From assembly GCA_028534125.1 (NCBI GenBank), contig CM052817.1, forward strand, positions 65,226,001-65,290,000: a DNA stretch of 64,000 bases, written 5' to 3'. The DNA is from Lama glama. Its lineage: Eukaryota. Numbering within the stretch: position 1 is the first letter of the stretch; each line of letters starts with the position of its first letter. Below are positions 1-12,789 of this stretch, piece after piece. The notes beneath the pieces were generated by a model. The model had not been told where the DNA came from, did not search any database, and was given only the letters and a program-made list of their open reading frames with translations. A program made the translations under genes and the position numbers.

Positions 1-499
1 TTTTGTGAATTCAAGTGTTATACCAATGTAAGGAGTTAAAAAGTTGCTATTTTGCAAACATGTCCATATGTTAACATTTTAATGCCTACAAAGAAATACC
101 AAAATTTTCTGACATTCTGCTGTTTGTTTAAGAATGTAATCTAAGTTATAAAAAAAAATGTCCCCAGTGGAATTCAAGAAAGCTACTTTGAGATTAAAAA
201 TATGAATCCTATGATTTTTTTTTCCCTTGAATTGGGCCATGTGCTTGAAAAGTCTCAATAAAGCATATGGCTATCCATCCCAGCTTCACATCTCCCCTCT
301 GTGACACTGAAAGCCACCCACCACAGACTACTCCATTTCCACGACTTCCACTAATCCCTCCTAGTTCCTCAAAATCTCACAGAATATCCCTGACTATAGA
401 CTGCTCCTCAAATATTTGAAGAGAGCAGTGTATTCCTCTTGCTAGGTTTTCAAAATTTTTACCAGTCTGACCACTGCTCATCGGATATTTTTAGTTTTC

Positions 500-720
500 T
501 ATTTTTCTCTTGGTGTCTAGAATAGAGCAGAGTATTCCAGATATGATATGAATAATACAGAAAGGGTTACTTTCCTCATTCTAGGCCCTGTACTTCTATT
601 AATATGCCGTTAGTTCATATTAAAGTTTTAGCTAAAACCTTGACTTTTTTTTTAAATAATAGCTGGTGGCTGAGCCATGTTTTACCCATTCTGTTTTCCT
701 ACAATGGCTTTTTAAGATTC
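500..720 (-). mobile_element. L3/CR1 fragment
   Basis: AGTATTCCAGATATG...TACTTCTATTAAT resembles the antisense L3 consensus. Confidence 0.45.
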
Positions 721-1204
721 AACTGACGGAATTTAACCTATTCTTTGCAGATTTTGTCTGGTCAGATGCAAACAAAAGTGAAAGAGTATAGGAGACATTT
801 TTGCTTCCCAACTTTCCATTTCCAGTGAACCGTATCCTAACTTCTTGCCTGTCCTCAGGCCATGAAAAATCCAAGAGCAGCACACCTGAATCCCCAGCAT
901 TGGCTTTCTTTGTATTTGAACTGATTTGAGTAGGTTTCTGTTCTTTGCACTGAAAACAACCTTTGCTAGAACACAGCATTAACCCAACTAGGGCTCACTT
1001 TACTCATCCTTAGTCTGCAGGACTGGAGACCAGCCTAAGGAGTTGTCCCAAACCGAAAGATCAGGAATTGCAGAAACCTTGACTGAACAACCACCAGAAT
1101 ACAAGAAAATACTCCTGTATATTTTCTCTCTCTTGTACTGAAAATAGAAAAAACAACTGTATAAAAGGATCATTTATGGGGAGGTGGGGAATGCATGAAT
1201 ATAT

Positions 1205-1385
1205 GGTAAACAAAGCTCCGGACTGGGAGTTAGGGGTCACTGATTATTATGCTAATCCTGCTGCACTCAGGTTGTGTGACTGGGGCCAGTCACAGCATTC
1301 CCAGGCTTCAGTTTCTTCAAGTATGAAAATTAGAGTTAGGTAGATTGTATATTTATCTAAGGTGTCTTTCAGCTTGAAATGTCAG
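1205..1385 (+). mobile_element. MIR
   Basis: Core TGTGTGAC...CTTCAGTTTCTTCA. Confidence 0.6.
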
Positions 1386-1929
1386 CTTCCGGCGTAGCTC
1401 TGGCAGCGCACGCATATCACCACCTTGCCATTCCCTGTAGCAGCTCTCTTTATTCTTGCTTTGGTTTCTGTGTTTGAACGATATTCCTCCCCAAGTCCTG
1501 GAGACAGCCAGGATTTCAGAGTGTGTAACCATTATTCATGGATTCAAGACCTTTCCCATCCCTCTCTATTCTGTATCCAATCTCTTTTTCTCCTCTGAAC
1601 ACATGAAAACCTTCTTCATCCATGTTCTTTGACTTTGATCAAGTCTATTTCTGCTTTGTCAGATCCTCCCAGGCCTAAGGTGAAATCTAGGTTCAGAGGC
1701 AACTATGCATGGAGGGAACTCGACTTGCCACATTGTATCAGCCAAAAACAACAGACGTGGGTTAGTTAACTAGAAACAAGTTTGTGGATATTTTCTGCAT
1801 AAATCCAATTCTTGATAAAGTTATTTTTTTTTATTGTTTATTTCTATGGTTTTGATAGATCTTTTTATGCTTACATTTCTTTATAGTTAAGTAAAAGTCA
1901 TTTAGTATGTTTATATATATTCATGTGTA

Positions 1930-2750
1930 TGCTTAATATTTTAAAATAATTTTTAAATAAATAATACAGAACATATTATAAAATTCAAAAGGTGCAAAAG
2001 GCATACAATCCATCTCATCTACTGTCCACCCTGTTTCCTAGATACTTATTTTCTCTATTCAGAAGCAATCATTACCTATATCAGAAGTTTTTTTAAATGA
2101 GAACGTCTAGAAATATTCTGCCCACACATAAGCGTATACACATAAATATAGTCACAAATATATGTCTGTTATAGTTATTATTGCTGTTGTAATTGTTTTG
2201 TTCCCTAATGGTATCATACTATGTAATAAAGCATTTTTCTCCATTTACCAATAAGTCTTGGCTCTGATTGCCATAGCAGCATTTGGAGAGCTTCCTGGTT
2301 TATTTTAACAGCTTCATAGTATTCCATTGTTTGGATGTATCAGAATGGGCTTAATTAGTTCTCTATTGCTGTTGCAGTTAATATCCTTTTACTTTTCTTG
2401 TTTTGTGCATGTATGTAACCATCCACAGGACCAATTTCTAGAGATAGAGTTGCTGTGTCAAAGGGCAGGTGCATGTGTGATCTTCTAAATAGATGGATAC
2501 TTCTAAATTTCACCCTCCAAAAAATGATTGTCCCAATGTACATCCCCACAAGCAGTATAAAAGGGCATGTTTATCCAATACACAGTGAATTTTCAAACTT
2601 TTTGTGTTCTTCCAATTTGACAAATGAAAGATGGTATCTCACTATTGTTTTAAATTGCATTCTTTTATTGCCAGTGAGGCTGGCCATCTTTTCATGTGCT
2701 TAAAGACTATTTGTCTTTCCATTTTATTCATTATCAGTTAATATCATCTG
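1930..2750 (-). mobile_element. Old L1M (L1ME-like) fragment
   Basis: Degenerate L1 3' motifs (TAGTATTCCATTGT, TTTAAATTGCATT). Confidence 0.6.
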
Positions 2751-4071
2751 CCAGTGTTTCTATATAGGCATCATAAAGGTGAGTTTGACATGGGCTTTTT
2801 TGAATTATGTAAAATAAAGATCAAGTGATGATCGGAAATCAAGACAGAACGTTTTTAATCTTAAAACAATTAAAGAGAATTTGGAGGAATATTTAATGAT
2901 CATTTTCCCTTCTGTATTTTATTCTCTATCTTCCTTTTTCTATCTACCTCTTCCCCCTGTCTCTAAACTACTGGTGGAGAATTTAAATGTACATTTAGAG
3001 TATCTATTTACTGAGCAAAATTTTGTGATCCCTTTCCTTATTGTGTTAAAAGAAAAATAATTAGATACTGTTATATTTATTAAATGATAAATTAAAAATA
3101 CAAACAATCTTTGTGTCAGAATGTTTAGTTGGAAGCAACAGAAACTGTGGATTTAAACACAAATGGGACAGCTCTAGAATCTGTGACAGGCATTTAACCA
3201 GGCTACTCATCCATGACTAGAGGGTAGAGTCATGTTATAGAATCATGAGTCTCTCACAGCTGTTGAGCGCTAGCCTCTGTGTCTTGATCTCTACTGTTAA
3301 CAGACACCAGGGGTTGCTGCTGGCACAGCGGCTCCTGTTACCCCAGAAAATGGATGTGGCTGCTAGTGGTTCCTCTACCAGGAATTTAGAGCCATCCTTG
3401 CTTCTTTGGACCCATAGCATCTGATTTAGTTAGTCCAGGCTCTGTCTGGTCTGTAGCCTGGGGCAGGTGTCTGTGCTCTATCTGGAGGGAGGCTATGGAA
3501 ACCAGTCTCATGCGTGTTCATCTTCTGTGGTCAGAGGCAGGCTCTGCCTCATACAATGGGGAGGCTCTGTAACTGGAAAGGTGTTTAGATTCTAGATGGC
3601 CAAAAAGATAGACATTTATCATCAGCGGTTCTCAGCTGATTTTCTCCTTCTTTGGGCAGAGGTCTTTAAAAGACTGCCTCTTGAGAATCAAGACCAATAC
3701 TCTATTTCTTCTCTTGGCCTGAAATATTGAGGGCTTAGCGAGGAAATAATTGGTCCTCTCTTCACACTGCCTGACCAGAGTTTGGCTGGGACAGGAAATA
3801 GGATAGAGGTGATAAGATAGCTGCCAAAGCCAAAATTTATGCCTAAAGTATTTTTAATCCTTTACAATACTCTGATTTTTAAATTAGACAGTCTCTTTCT
3901 ATCTGCTTACTTCTTCTCAAAAATCATTTAACATGCTAACATATTCTAGAAGAAATAAAATTTTGTTTTTGTTTTTGTATTTTCTAGAATTACAACAATT
4001 AAGTTAGGGCTAGCCATAGGGAGACACATGGCCTAAAAAGTGTTAATATAACTCCTTACCCCTAGACTAAT

Positions 4072-4480
4072 TGTATTCATTTGTTAAGAGCTGCTGAAAC
4101 AAAGTAGCATAAACTAGGTGGCTTAAACAACAGAAATTGAATGTCCCACAGTCTAGGAGACTAGAAGTCCAAGATCAGGGTGTCATCTGGGTTGGTTCTT
4201 TCTGCGGGCTGTGAAAGAAGCATTTGGTCCAGGTTTCTTTCCTTGGCTTGCAGATGGCTGTCTTCCCCTGGTGTCTACCCATCATCTTCCCTCTGTATGT
4301 GTCTCTGTGTCCAAATTCATCATTTTATAAGAACAGCAGTCATATTGGATTAGAGCTCATCCACATGATCTCATTCTAACTTGCCTATCTCTATAAAGAT
4401 CCTATCTCTAAATAAGGTCATATTCTGAGGTACTACAGATTAGAACTTCAGCATATGAACTTTGAGAGGGGCACAATCAA
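4072..4480 (-). mobile_element. MLT1 (B/C-like) MaLR solo LTR
   Basis: GGTGGCTTAAACAACAGAAATT...AAGTCCAAGATCAGGGTG signature. Confidence 0.85.
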
Positions 4481-6299
4481 AGTTAATCTTGTTGCTAATC
4501 TTAATAAAAATTTAGGAGAGGAGGAGAGGAGACTGTAAAAGACTCTTTTGGCTGTGTTGGCTTCTAATTGGGGAAGAAAGCAGTGCCAAAGGCCAGGAGT
4601 CTGAGATAATGGCATTTTCAAATGAGGGCAGGCCTGAGAAGGCTTCTCAGTACACAATCTATAGTAGTCATATTTTTTAAAGAAAAATTTGCAGACATGA
4701 TCAAGGCAATTATATATATGTAGAGTTTGGTAGTTACATGTCCTGTACAAAGCACTAAACCTTTTTTTTTTTTTTTGAGAACTTAAAAAAGCACAACTTC
4801 TCTAATGTGCTCCAGGTGCTAAAACTTGTTCTGGAAACAGTTCAACAATATTGCAATAGAAGTTAATCCTACTAATTTCATTGAATTTTTCTTTGACTAG
4901 AGGAAATCATATACAAAAGCTCAAAACTCATAAGTATTTTCGTATGGATTCACCCAATCAAATGAAAACACCTTTTATTGAGCACCTATATATAAAGCAA
5001 AATGTAATAAAGAAAAGTCCTAGCGTCAGAAAATTCTGATGGAAACGTCTCTACTCCATCAGCCTTCTCTACCTCAAAGGACTCAGAAACAATAGCATAA
5101 ACTACTGACAGCTCCACAAGTCTAAGGTATTTTTATACAAAGCTACAAGCAAGAGCCTGGCTTTTGCTTTTAGGTTACTGAGACATATGGCAAATTTTTT
5201 ATTGGTCTCAAGTACCTCAGAATTAAAATGGAGATGATTGCTGAGATGTTGCAAAAAATTAAGAGTACAGTTACTGGCAAATTTTATTAAATAACATTAT
5301 TAAAATGACAGCCTTAAGATTATTAAAATAGACTGTAGTCTAAGACTACATTTAGACTACACTTGCACTTAGTCTAAGTCTTTTTAGGTTCCTACTATAT
5401 TCCATCTTGCATTTTGGCAAATTGCATATTTATTTTACAACTTTGGCAAATTTACATGTTTTCTACCATCCCCTGCCCTAAGCCCATGGAAAGCATGTGT
5501 TCTGTTCGATTTCATTTTCTTTGGGGGCTTCTTCCTTGGTGTGGTGCTGAATAAGGGATCACTATGGACATCATCTTTCAAATATTTGCATGTGAATGAG
5601 CAAAGCAACCACACGATGGCAGCATGTTAAAAGAATAAAGAGCTGTTCACTTGCAGCCATCCTTTTAATTTTTTTGAATCTATATGAACAAAGAGGAAAA
5701 CCTCAAATCTACCTTAGTGGACCCCTTATTCTAGTTGATGCAGGAACTGAGGGTAAATGACGGTTTCCAGATCTCAAGAACAATAAGGAGCAAGAGAAGA
5801 GAGAGCTCTGAGTTCAGAGACTTTAAAGTCGAACCAGACAATCAGGCTGTGACTCATCCTTCAAACGGAATGGCTTTTGGTAACAAGCAAGGGAATTACT
5901 TGGCAAAGTGTACAAAGAAGAATGATAATTTATGGATCGTGCCTAATTTCACTGTCGAGTGGTTATACAAGATGTTTGGGATTGCTCTGCTGATTAAATT
6001 AAAAAGCCTTTCAGTTATAGATATGTGTGTGTTACTTATTTTTGAATGAATCACCAAAATATTGCAATGATGAATTTGAACAACCTCCTTGCCTTGTCAT
6101 CTGTGACTAAGGATTTTTATCTCATTAGCAAACAAATTAGTCCACATTTGTTGAAAATCTCCAGCTGCATGATAATTGCCTAGGAATGAGAGAGAGAGTG
6201 AGAGAGAGGCTCTGGTGTTGGAAATGTCTAGGTATGATTAACAGTGTCATCGGACATGTCTTTCTGTTTCAAACCCTTGGTTCTGTTTTCTTATGCATT

Positions 6300-6682
6300 G
6301 GCTTCATTTTCAACCTTTCAGGCCTTCTTATGTGATGGTGAACATCACTCCAGGTTGTGTTTAGCTGGAGGTTTAGCTACTTCGAGAAGAGTTCTCTTCC
6401 CCAGTGGTTTCAGCAAAAGTTCTGGGCTGGCTCCCATTGGCCAGGCTTGAGTCACCTATAAACTCCTGAGCCAATCACGGTGCCAGAGAGAAAAGGCTTG
6501 CTCTGGCTTGCTAGGTCAGTCACAGGCACACGGCTGGACCCAGACTTGAGTCACTGTCCTCCTCACTGACAACATGGACTGAGAATGCAGGAACAGAGGT
6601 TTCCCAAAAGAAAGTCAGGATTCTGTTACCAAAATAAGGGGGAAGGAATGTTAGCTAGGCAGAAACAATAGCTGTCCACTAA
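6300..6682 (-). mobile_element. Old MLT1 (J/K-like) LTR
   Basis: CCCATTGGCCAG...GAGCCAATCAC, terminal TGTCCACTA. Confidence 0.55.
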
Positions 6683-6770
6683 AAGAAATTTAAAAGATGT
6701 AGTCCCTGCCCTCAAGAACTTAATAAACTTGAATCCTGAGCTGAAGAATTATTATCAACATTATGTTTGA

Positions 6771-6926
6771 GGGGGGAGTACAGCTCAGTGGTAGAGTGTG
6801 TGTTTAGCATGCATGAGGTCCTGGGTTCAATTCCCAGTACCTCCATTAAAAAAAAAATAAATAAAAATAAGCCTAATTACACCTGCCCCCAAAAGACAAT
6901 GTAAATAAATAAATATATTTTTTTAA
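6771..6926 (+). mobile_element. Vic-1-type camelid SINE (tRNA-Ala derived)
   Basis: A box (AGCTCAGTGG) and B box (GGTTCAATTCC), A-rich tail, TSD ATTATGTTT at 6760-6768 and 6927-6935. Confidence 0.9.
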
Positions 6927-7252
6927 ATTATGTTTAAAATTGCTTTAGAGTTTCTAAAGTACTTATTTCATGTAATTCTTACAAGGAGAGTTTCAGGTCA
7001 GTCCTATTTTGTAATTAAGGGCAAAGAATCATAGACATTAAATTATTTGCTTAACTTCTGCTTATCGTGCCTAACATGAACTTATACCAAAGCTGAAACT
7101 CATATTCATATTTCCCAAATGTCAGTAATTCTACCTACGTACAACAGCATGGAATGCTTCTGAGTATTTATTTGTAAGTAAAAAATATGTTTATATTATA
7201 TGATCTAATGTGCAATAATCAAGCTGTGTTTGACATAACAAAAATCACCTAG

Positions 7253-7443
7253 CACAGTGTCTTTAAAATTGTAATCTGCCCACGGAGTAATTTCTTGAGG
7301 TGTTTGTTATAAATATAAATTCCAGGGTTTCTTTCTTCCAGCTTTCTGAATCAGCATCTCCAGAGATGGGATCCCAGAAATTAGTATTTTTAAACAAGAG
7401 AATCATCTGATTTTTATGCACCACGATGTGTAAGAATCTCTGA
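7253..7443. mobile_element. MER5-family hAT-Charlie MITE
   Basis: CTGAATCAGCATCTCC core; related copies at about 24575-24720, 24905-25075, 50803-50945 and 57710-57855. Confidence 0.6.
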
Positions 7444-7994
7444 CTTAACATACTTAATTGCATGCAGCCTTAGAGAGCTGATATTTATGGAAAATAAATC
7501 AGAAATACACAAAATTCCTCTCAGTCCCTTCTTTGGGTTTTGCCTTTAGTCTGGTCATATTTCCTTTTTTATTCTTTTCCCTTCCCTTTAAGTTAAAATA
7601 CTCACAAATAGAAAGGCTAAGAATCATGCCATCATTCCACCCAGTTTGTGACATGACAAATTAATCAGTGAATGGGGATATCTGTTTTCATAGCAAATAC
7701 CATGAAATAAAATTTTGGAATTAGAAAGGACTTTAGCTGAACTACTCTTCTGCTCAGATAAGGAAACTGATTTGCAGAAAACTAAAGTGACTTGCTTAGC
7801 TAGGCAATTAGTATGGATGGCCCTTTTGAAACTACTCATTCTTAAATGACTATTTCATTTGGGAAAATGGTCATAAAAGTCAGTTAGCATTTAGAATTAA
7901 AACCCAGCTTTAGTTACATTTAATTGTGTGCACACTAGAGTATAGAATTCAATTTCAGAATCCTGCACCATATTTTATGACTTGTCTTTATTAA

Positions 7995-8395
7995 TAGTTA
8001 TTGGACATTTGCTATCCCTCTGCATTTATTCCTCATTTAATTTCCACAATGGTAGGAGTAAGTACTAGTGTTCCCATTTTATAAATGAGGAAGCCGGGGT
8101 ATGTGCAGATTAGGTAACTCACCCTGGACCAATATTTCTAAAACTTTTATGTGCAAAAGCATCACCTGGGATTCTGATTAATAAACACATTCTGATTCAG
8201 TGGGTCTTGGGTGGGACCTGAGATTCTGCACCTTAATCAGCTCACAGGTGAAGGCCAATATTGTTGGCTGGCTGATCATACATGGAGCAGCAACGTCTTA
8301 GATCACGAAACAGCATGTGGCAGGCAGGCAGGCAATGTCTTAACCTTGACTATTTGACACCAAAGCTCATTGCATTTAACTCCTATACAGAGTAT
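7995..8395 (-). mobile_element. MIR interrupted by a MER5A1-like hAT element (about 8128-8297)
   Basis: CCCATTTTATAAATGAGGAA core; TTCTGATTCAGTGGGTCT...CCTGAGATTCTGCA. Confidence 0.65.
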
Positions 8396-9610
8396 GTGTT
8401 GACCTTTGTCTTTATTACATTATAATTTACATCCTGTGGGTAGAAGAGAGAGGTCAGTTCTCATTGCACAAACATTTGTGATGTAACTCTACCCTTAAGG
8501 AATATGCAGGGAAACAAAGGGACCATCCTCACCCCAGACCATCTCTTCTATACTTGAATCTTCTGGGGACACTGTTCGCCAGAGGGAAGGTACAAGTAGG
8601 GTGGCAGCTGCCACTTCACTTACACTTTTGAGTCACAGGGTTTCTCCTGCTCAGTGAGTGGAACCACTCAACTCTGACTTATCCTTTCCTGCCCAAATAT
8701 ACATATAGTCAAATGACAAACCAAAACAACTTAGTAAAGAATTTGATGTCCTTTATTCTAGGGAAGCAATCCATGGATTTGGGGAGTATGGTACCTCACT
8801 AGCAGTTCCTGAGGGATTTGGGGCAAGAGCAAGTTTCTATAGAGCATTGGAAGAAGGAATTCAGAAACAGGAGGTTGGGGATTTCCTGGCAAGGCCAGCA
8901 GGCCCTATTTTCTCAGCTGAGCTTGCTAAAGCTGAGTTGCAGGATGGTGATCATCATACGCGGGGTTTCCTTGACAGGGGTTTTCTGTAAGTGCAGGTTC
9001 ACTTAGGTTTAGATTTGTGACATGGGCCGGGCCCCTGGGGTGACCTCCGTTTTGTGGGTCTGGAGGTACAAATTCACTTTGTATCTGTGTATTGAATTTA
9101 TGTATGACACTTGCTTCATGATTTCTAGCTTACTTAAACTTTGCTTTCTACTTTTCCTTGGTGTTCACAGTTCGTTTTCTTCTGATTCATCTTTTAATCC
9201 TATCTTTTATCTTACCTTTTTGAGCAAAACCACCTCCTTACTATTATACAACTTTAATTCTAACTGTTACTAAAAATGTAGAAGATTCTACTTAGTCACC
9301 TTTTATATTGTATTACTTTGGTAAAAAACAGCTTTTTTTCCTGTTTTATTTTCCTTCCTGTGAGGTAGTTTGACTTGGGTTGTTCAAACTGAGGGACAAG
9401 GGAAATAAATCTGGGTGTTCAGCATGAAAAGAGCTAATGAAACAGCTCTTTTTAGGGAAAGGGGGCTTTTTGTCCTTCCTAGGTTATTCTTCATGTCTGT
9501 TTGATATCTCTGTTCTCTGGTTCTTATCTTTAAAAGACAGCTGCTTTACCCCAGGCATAAATCAGAGGAGAAAAACAAGCTACCCAGTGAAGCTGGGGCC
9601 TGGAGGGACG

Positions 9611-9877
9611 ATGAAAGGGAAGAGGCATCCGCAGAAGGTAGGGGCGGAGAAGCAGGGGCCCCTGGACGGTCCGCCCTCAGGGAGCCAAACACAGCAAACA
9701 GACGTCCACTACCCAACCACTCCCGCCAGCGCGCAGGCGGAACAGAAGAAAGAGGTGAAGGCTTTGATGTCTCAGAAGCAGAAAAGAAGACCCCAGACGA
9801 GTGATATGTATGCCTTGGGAGCAAATCTGCCCCGGAAGTATAAGGCGCACACTCGGGATTCGTGGCACACATGGGAG
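9611..9877 (+). CDS. Sel1-like-repeat membrane protein gene, coding exon 1 (MKGKRHPQKV...RDSWHTWE, 89 aa, basic/disordered)
   Basis: ATG at 9611 with A at -3; strong donor GAG|GTAAGG (GT 9878-9879), phase 0 matching the next exon. Upstream polypyrimidine tract with AG at 9535-36 or 9539-40, so the exon probably starts at 9537 or 9541; the frame is open through the acceptor, so the true start could lie in an upstream exon. Confidence 0.65.
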
Positions 9878-10668
9878 GTAAGGGCTCAATTCCAGGACAC
9901 GGGACCGAACCGGAAACGAGGGAGAAACGCTGTCAGTCGTAAATGACAGTTACATAAAACAGAGACCACACTGTGTTTTTCCACAATGCTCCAGGTTTAA
10001 GAGTGTATAGATGAAATATTTCAGTTTTCTTGGAAAATATATTGAAGATAGATTTATTCAAGATTATATGCATCAAAAAATTTTCAAAATTTGTTTGTAC
10101 ACACAAATTTGGACTTCCTGAATTAACCTGTTAATTTATTTGAAAGCAAGCAAACACATAAAGAACTCGCAAAGCAAAAACTCATTAAAATTTAGTTGAT
10201 TATTTGATATCGGAGAGCTAGCTTTACATTTTTCCACTTTTTAGTCAGCTGCTAGAAATCATATATGTACAGTCTAATTTATACAAACTTAGCTGAAAAA
10301 TTAGAGGACTAGTATAAATTTCAGTTAATGTATAAAAAGTCAGTTAACTTCTATCTTGAAAATTTGTTTGGTACTGAAAATTTAGAGCTTAAAAAAAATT
10401 GAAACTGTGAGAAGAATAAAAATCTACTATTAGACTTGCTTACAATTAGTGTTCTCAGCTCACTAATATTTTGACATACTGTTACCCTGAGGTATTAGTG
10501 GATTATTTAACTACAGGTAAATAAAAGTGATGGGGGCTGCAGAGGTGTTGGAAGAGGGAATGCCAGCAGTTTTGTGATGGGAAAGCAAAGAAAATGTATT
10601 TATGAATAGATGAAAAAGTGCAAATTCATTCTTATTTTAGACATCTACTGCAGCTAGAAATACAACTT

Positions 10669-11037
10669 TATTTTTTTTTATTTTTACTTTTGTGTTTATC
10701 CACTGTGTTTATTTCTTTTTAGCAAGACCTTCGGTCAGTTTACTCATAACATACTGCTGGATATGGAGGTCTATTGCTTTTATTTTTAATTTCATTATAA
10801 TCAAGATCGTTCATGAATATTTTGTATTTTTATATAAGTTTAGAGATCAGGGCCATGTGGAATGAACTTTAAATAAGTGCAAAATTTTACTTAAACTTTT
10901 TTCCTTTTTTTAAAAAAATGAATTTTAGCTATTTTACAATGTTGTATTAGTTTCTGTACAGCATAGTGATTCAATTATATATACACAGATATATATATAT
11001 ATATATATGTATATGTACACACACACATGCACACATA
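10669..11037 (-). mobile_element. Short L1 3' end with 3'-transduced flank
   Basis: 14-bp TSD TAGAAATACAACTT (10655-10668 and 11038-11051); L1 3' end at about 10897-11037; unique insert; second poly(A) tail. Confidence 0.75.
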
Positions 11038-12789
11038 TAGAAATACAACTTCAGGATCTTTAATGATACAGGTCTCGATTTGTATTACTCCTCACAGCTC
11101 CATTTAAATCTACCACTCTGCCTCTCTGCATTTCTTTTGTCTTAGTTGATGGACATTGCACACTTGATAATCCCTAAAACAAGAAACCAGAAGGATGTTT
11201 AGAGAGCATAAAACTTCAGCTCCCAGCTGTGAACGCACACACACACACACACACCAGAAACCAAAGGAAGTTAGGGAGATCCTGTAATGTACTCACAAGA
11301 AAAAAAGCTATGAAATATGTTAATGTAGAACTCAGTTGTATGGAATATTCTTGATCAGAAACTATTGTAATTTATATGAAGATTATAAGACTATAGATAT
11401 ACCCTCACATATCATGTTTTTAAAAATTAGTTTAAAAAAAAAACTTTTACACCATATGCATATGGTGCAAAATTCAAGAATTGCGTAGTAAGAGGCAGCC
11501 TACAACTCCCTAGCACTGGCTCCTACCCGTGACTCCTAACCCACTCGCCAAAGCCTCCTGGTCAGATGCAACCACTGTTATCATATCTTGTGTATTGTCC
11601 AGAGATATTATGTGGAAGATTTTAAACTCTCTCTTCTATCCATTAGTTGAAACATAAGTAAGAAGTTCAGTTTTCCATTGACTTACAATCTAGTCTTTGA
11701 TTCTGACCTGAAAACGACTTCTATTGATCAGTCCAGATCACTGAGAAGTTGCTGGATATACCAGGAGTAGACCTGATCCTGCCTCGGGAGAGGGTTCTTT
11801 TCTCTAATGACAAGATAAGTAGATGATTCCTAGGAAGCTGTCCTCCCTTAATTGGCCTATTTCATTAATTCATTGCTGAGTAATTACAGCTGAACCCAAA
11901 TGAAAACGTAAAATGGCTGTGATTTACTTGTACAGGTTGAATGGTATGGGTGGCCTGGACTGTGAAAAGAAACAGATTACTCTTTGTTTTTTGTTGTTAC
12001 ATCCAAGCTTTCCTATCTGCTTTGGGTGAATTATCACCGGCCACATGAAAATTCACTGATTAAAAAAAAAAAAGACTGGGAGAAACTACACATTTCCCTC
12101 TTGTGCACAGTGCTGATAAATTTATATTGTCTGTATAAAATACTATCTTGTCTTGTATCTAGTCTGTATAAAATACCAATTGTTAATAATTCAGCAGTAG
12201 ATCCTTTGAGTTCTCAGCACTTTAAAATCGATACTGTCACCAAAATACCTATAATTTGCCACTATTTAAAACTGACCAGAATGGTACAGCAAAAAGTTCT
12301 CATCAAAATATCCATGGTTCTTTTAATGCCAAAGTTTTGTTTTGGCATTTATAGCTAAGTTAACTAAATGCCAGCACGGTGTTAGTCCTCATTGCTATAA
12401 ATGTGAGATTAAATCGGAACAATTGTGACAAATATGCCACGATGACAATGAATTATGAACCACTCTTCTCAAACCTGAATTGGTCCATGTAGCAGCCGGC
12501 AGGTGGGCTGCTGGGTGCAAGTAGGACTCTGTAGCTAGCAGCACCGTTTAATTTTGGCAGAACAGTTACACAGGGATGGTATTCAAGATGGGACTGTCGT
12601 ATCTCGGAAAGTATTCTAATAGTATTGCTAACTGTGACTCGTTAAATCCTTAGTATGTGCCGGTAGGAAGTCACAAGCATCTAAACTCGTTCAATACTTA
12701 TTTTCCTAGGTCAACCCATCAACGAAATATTCATTTGTCATTACTGATAAATTAAATTGGAATCTCTGAAGATAAAGCAATATTTTTCT

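Noticed and set aside
719..979. ORF containing LLLDFS, resembling a reverse-transcriptase motif
   Set aside because: No other RT motifs; the DNA looks more like an old MLT1-type LTR fragment.
6771..6845. tRNA-Ala-like sequence (also at 39.4, 41.5 and 63.3 kb)
   Set aside because: Diverged stems, shared tails and TSDs identify these as SINE heads, not tRNA genes.
9541..9804. Alternative frame LLYPRHKSEE...KKTPDE* as the last exon of an upstream gene
   Set aside because: No upstream partner exon found, and the other frame splices in phase into the TM and Sel1 exons.
9437..9946. 169-aa single-exon ORF as listed in the track
   Set aside because: Its 5' part is a polypyrimidine tract and its 3' part lies past a strong donor; only 9537/9611-9877 is treated as exon.
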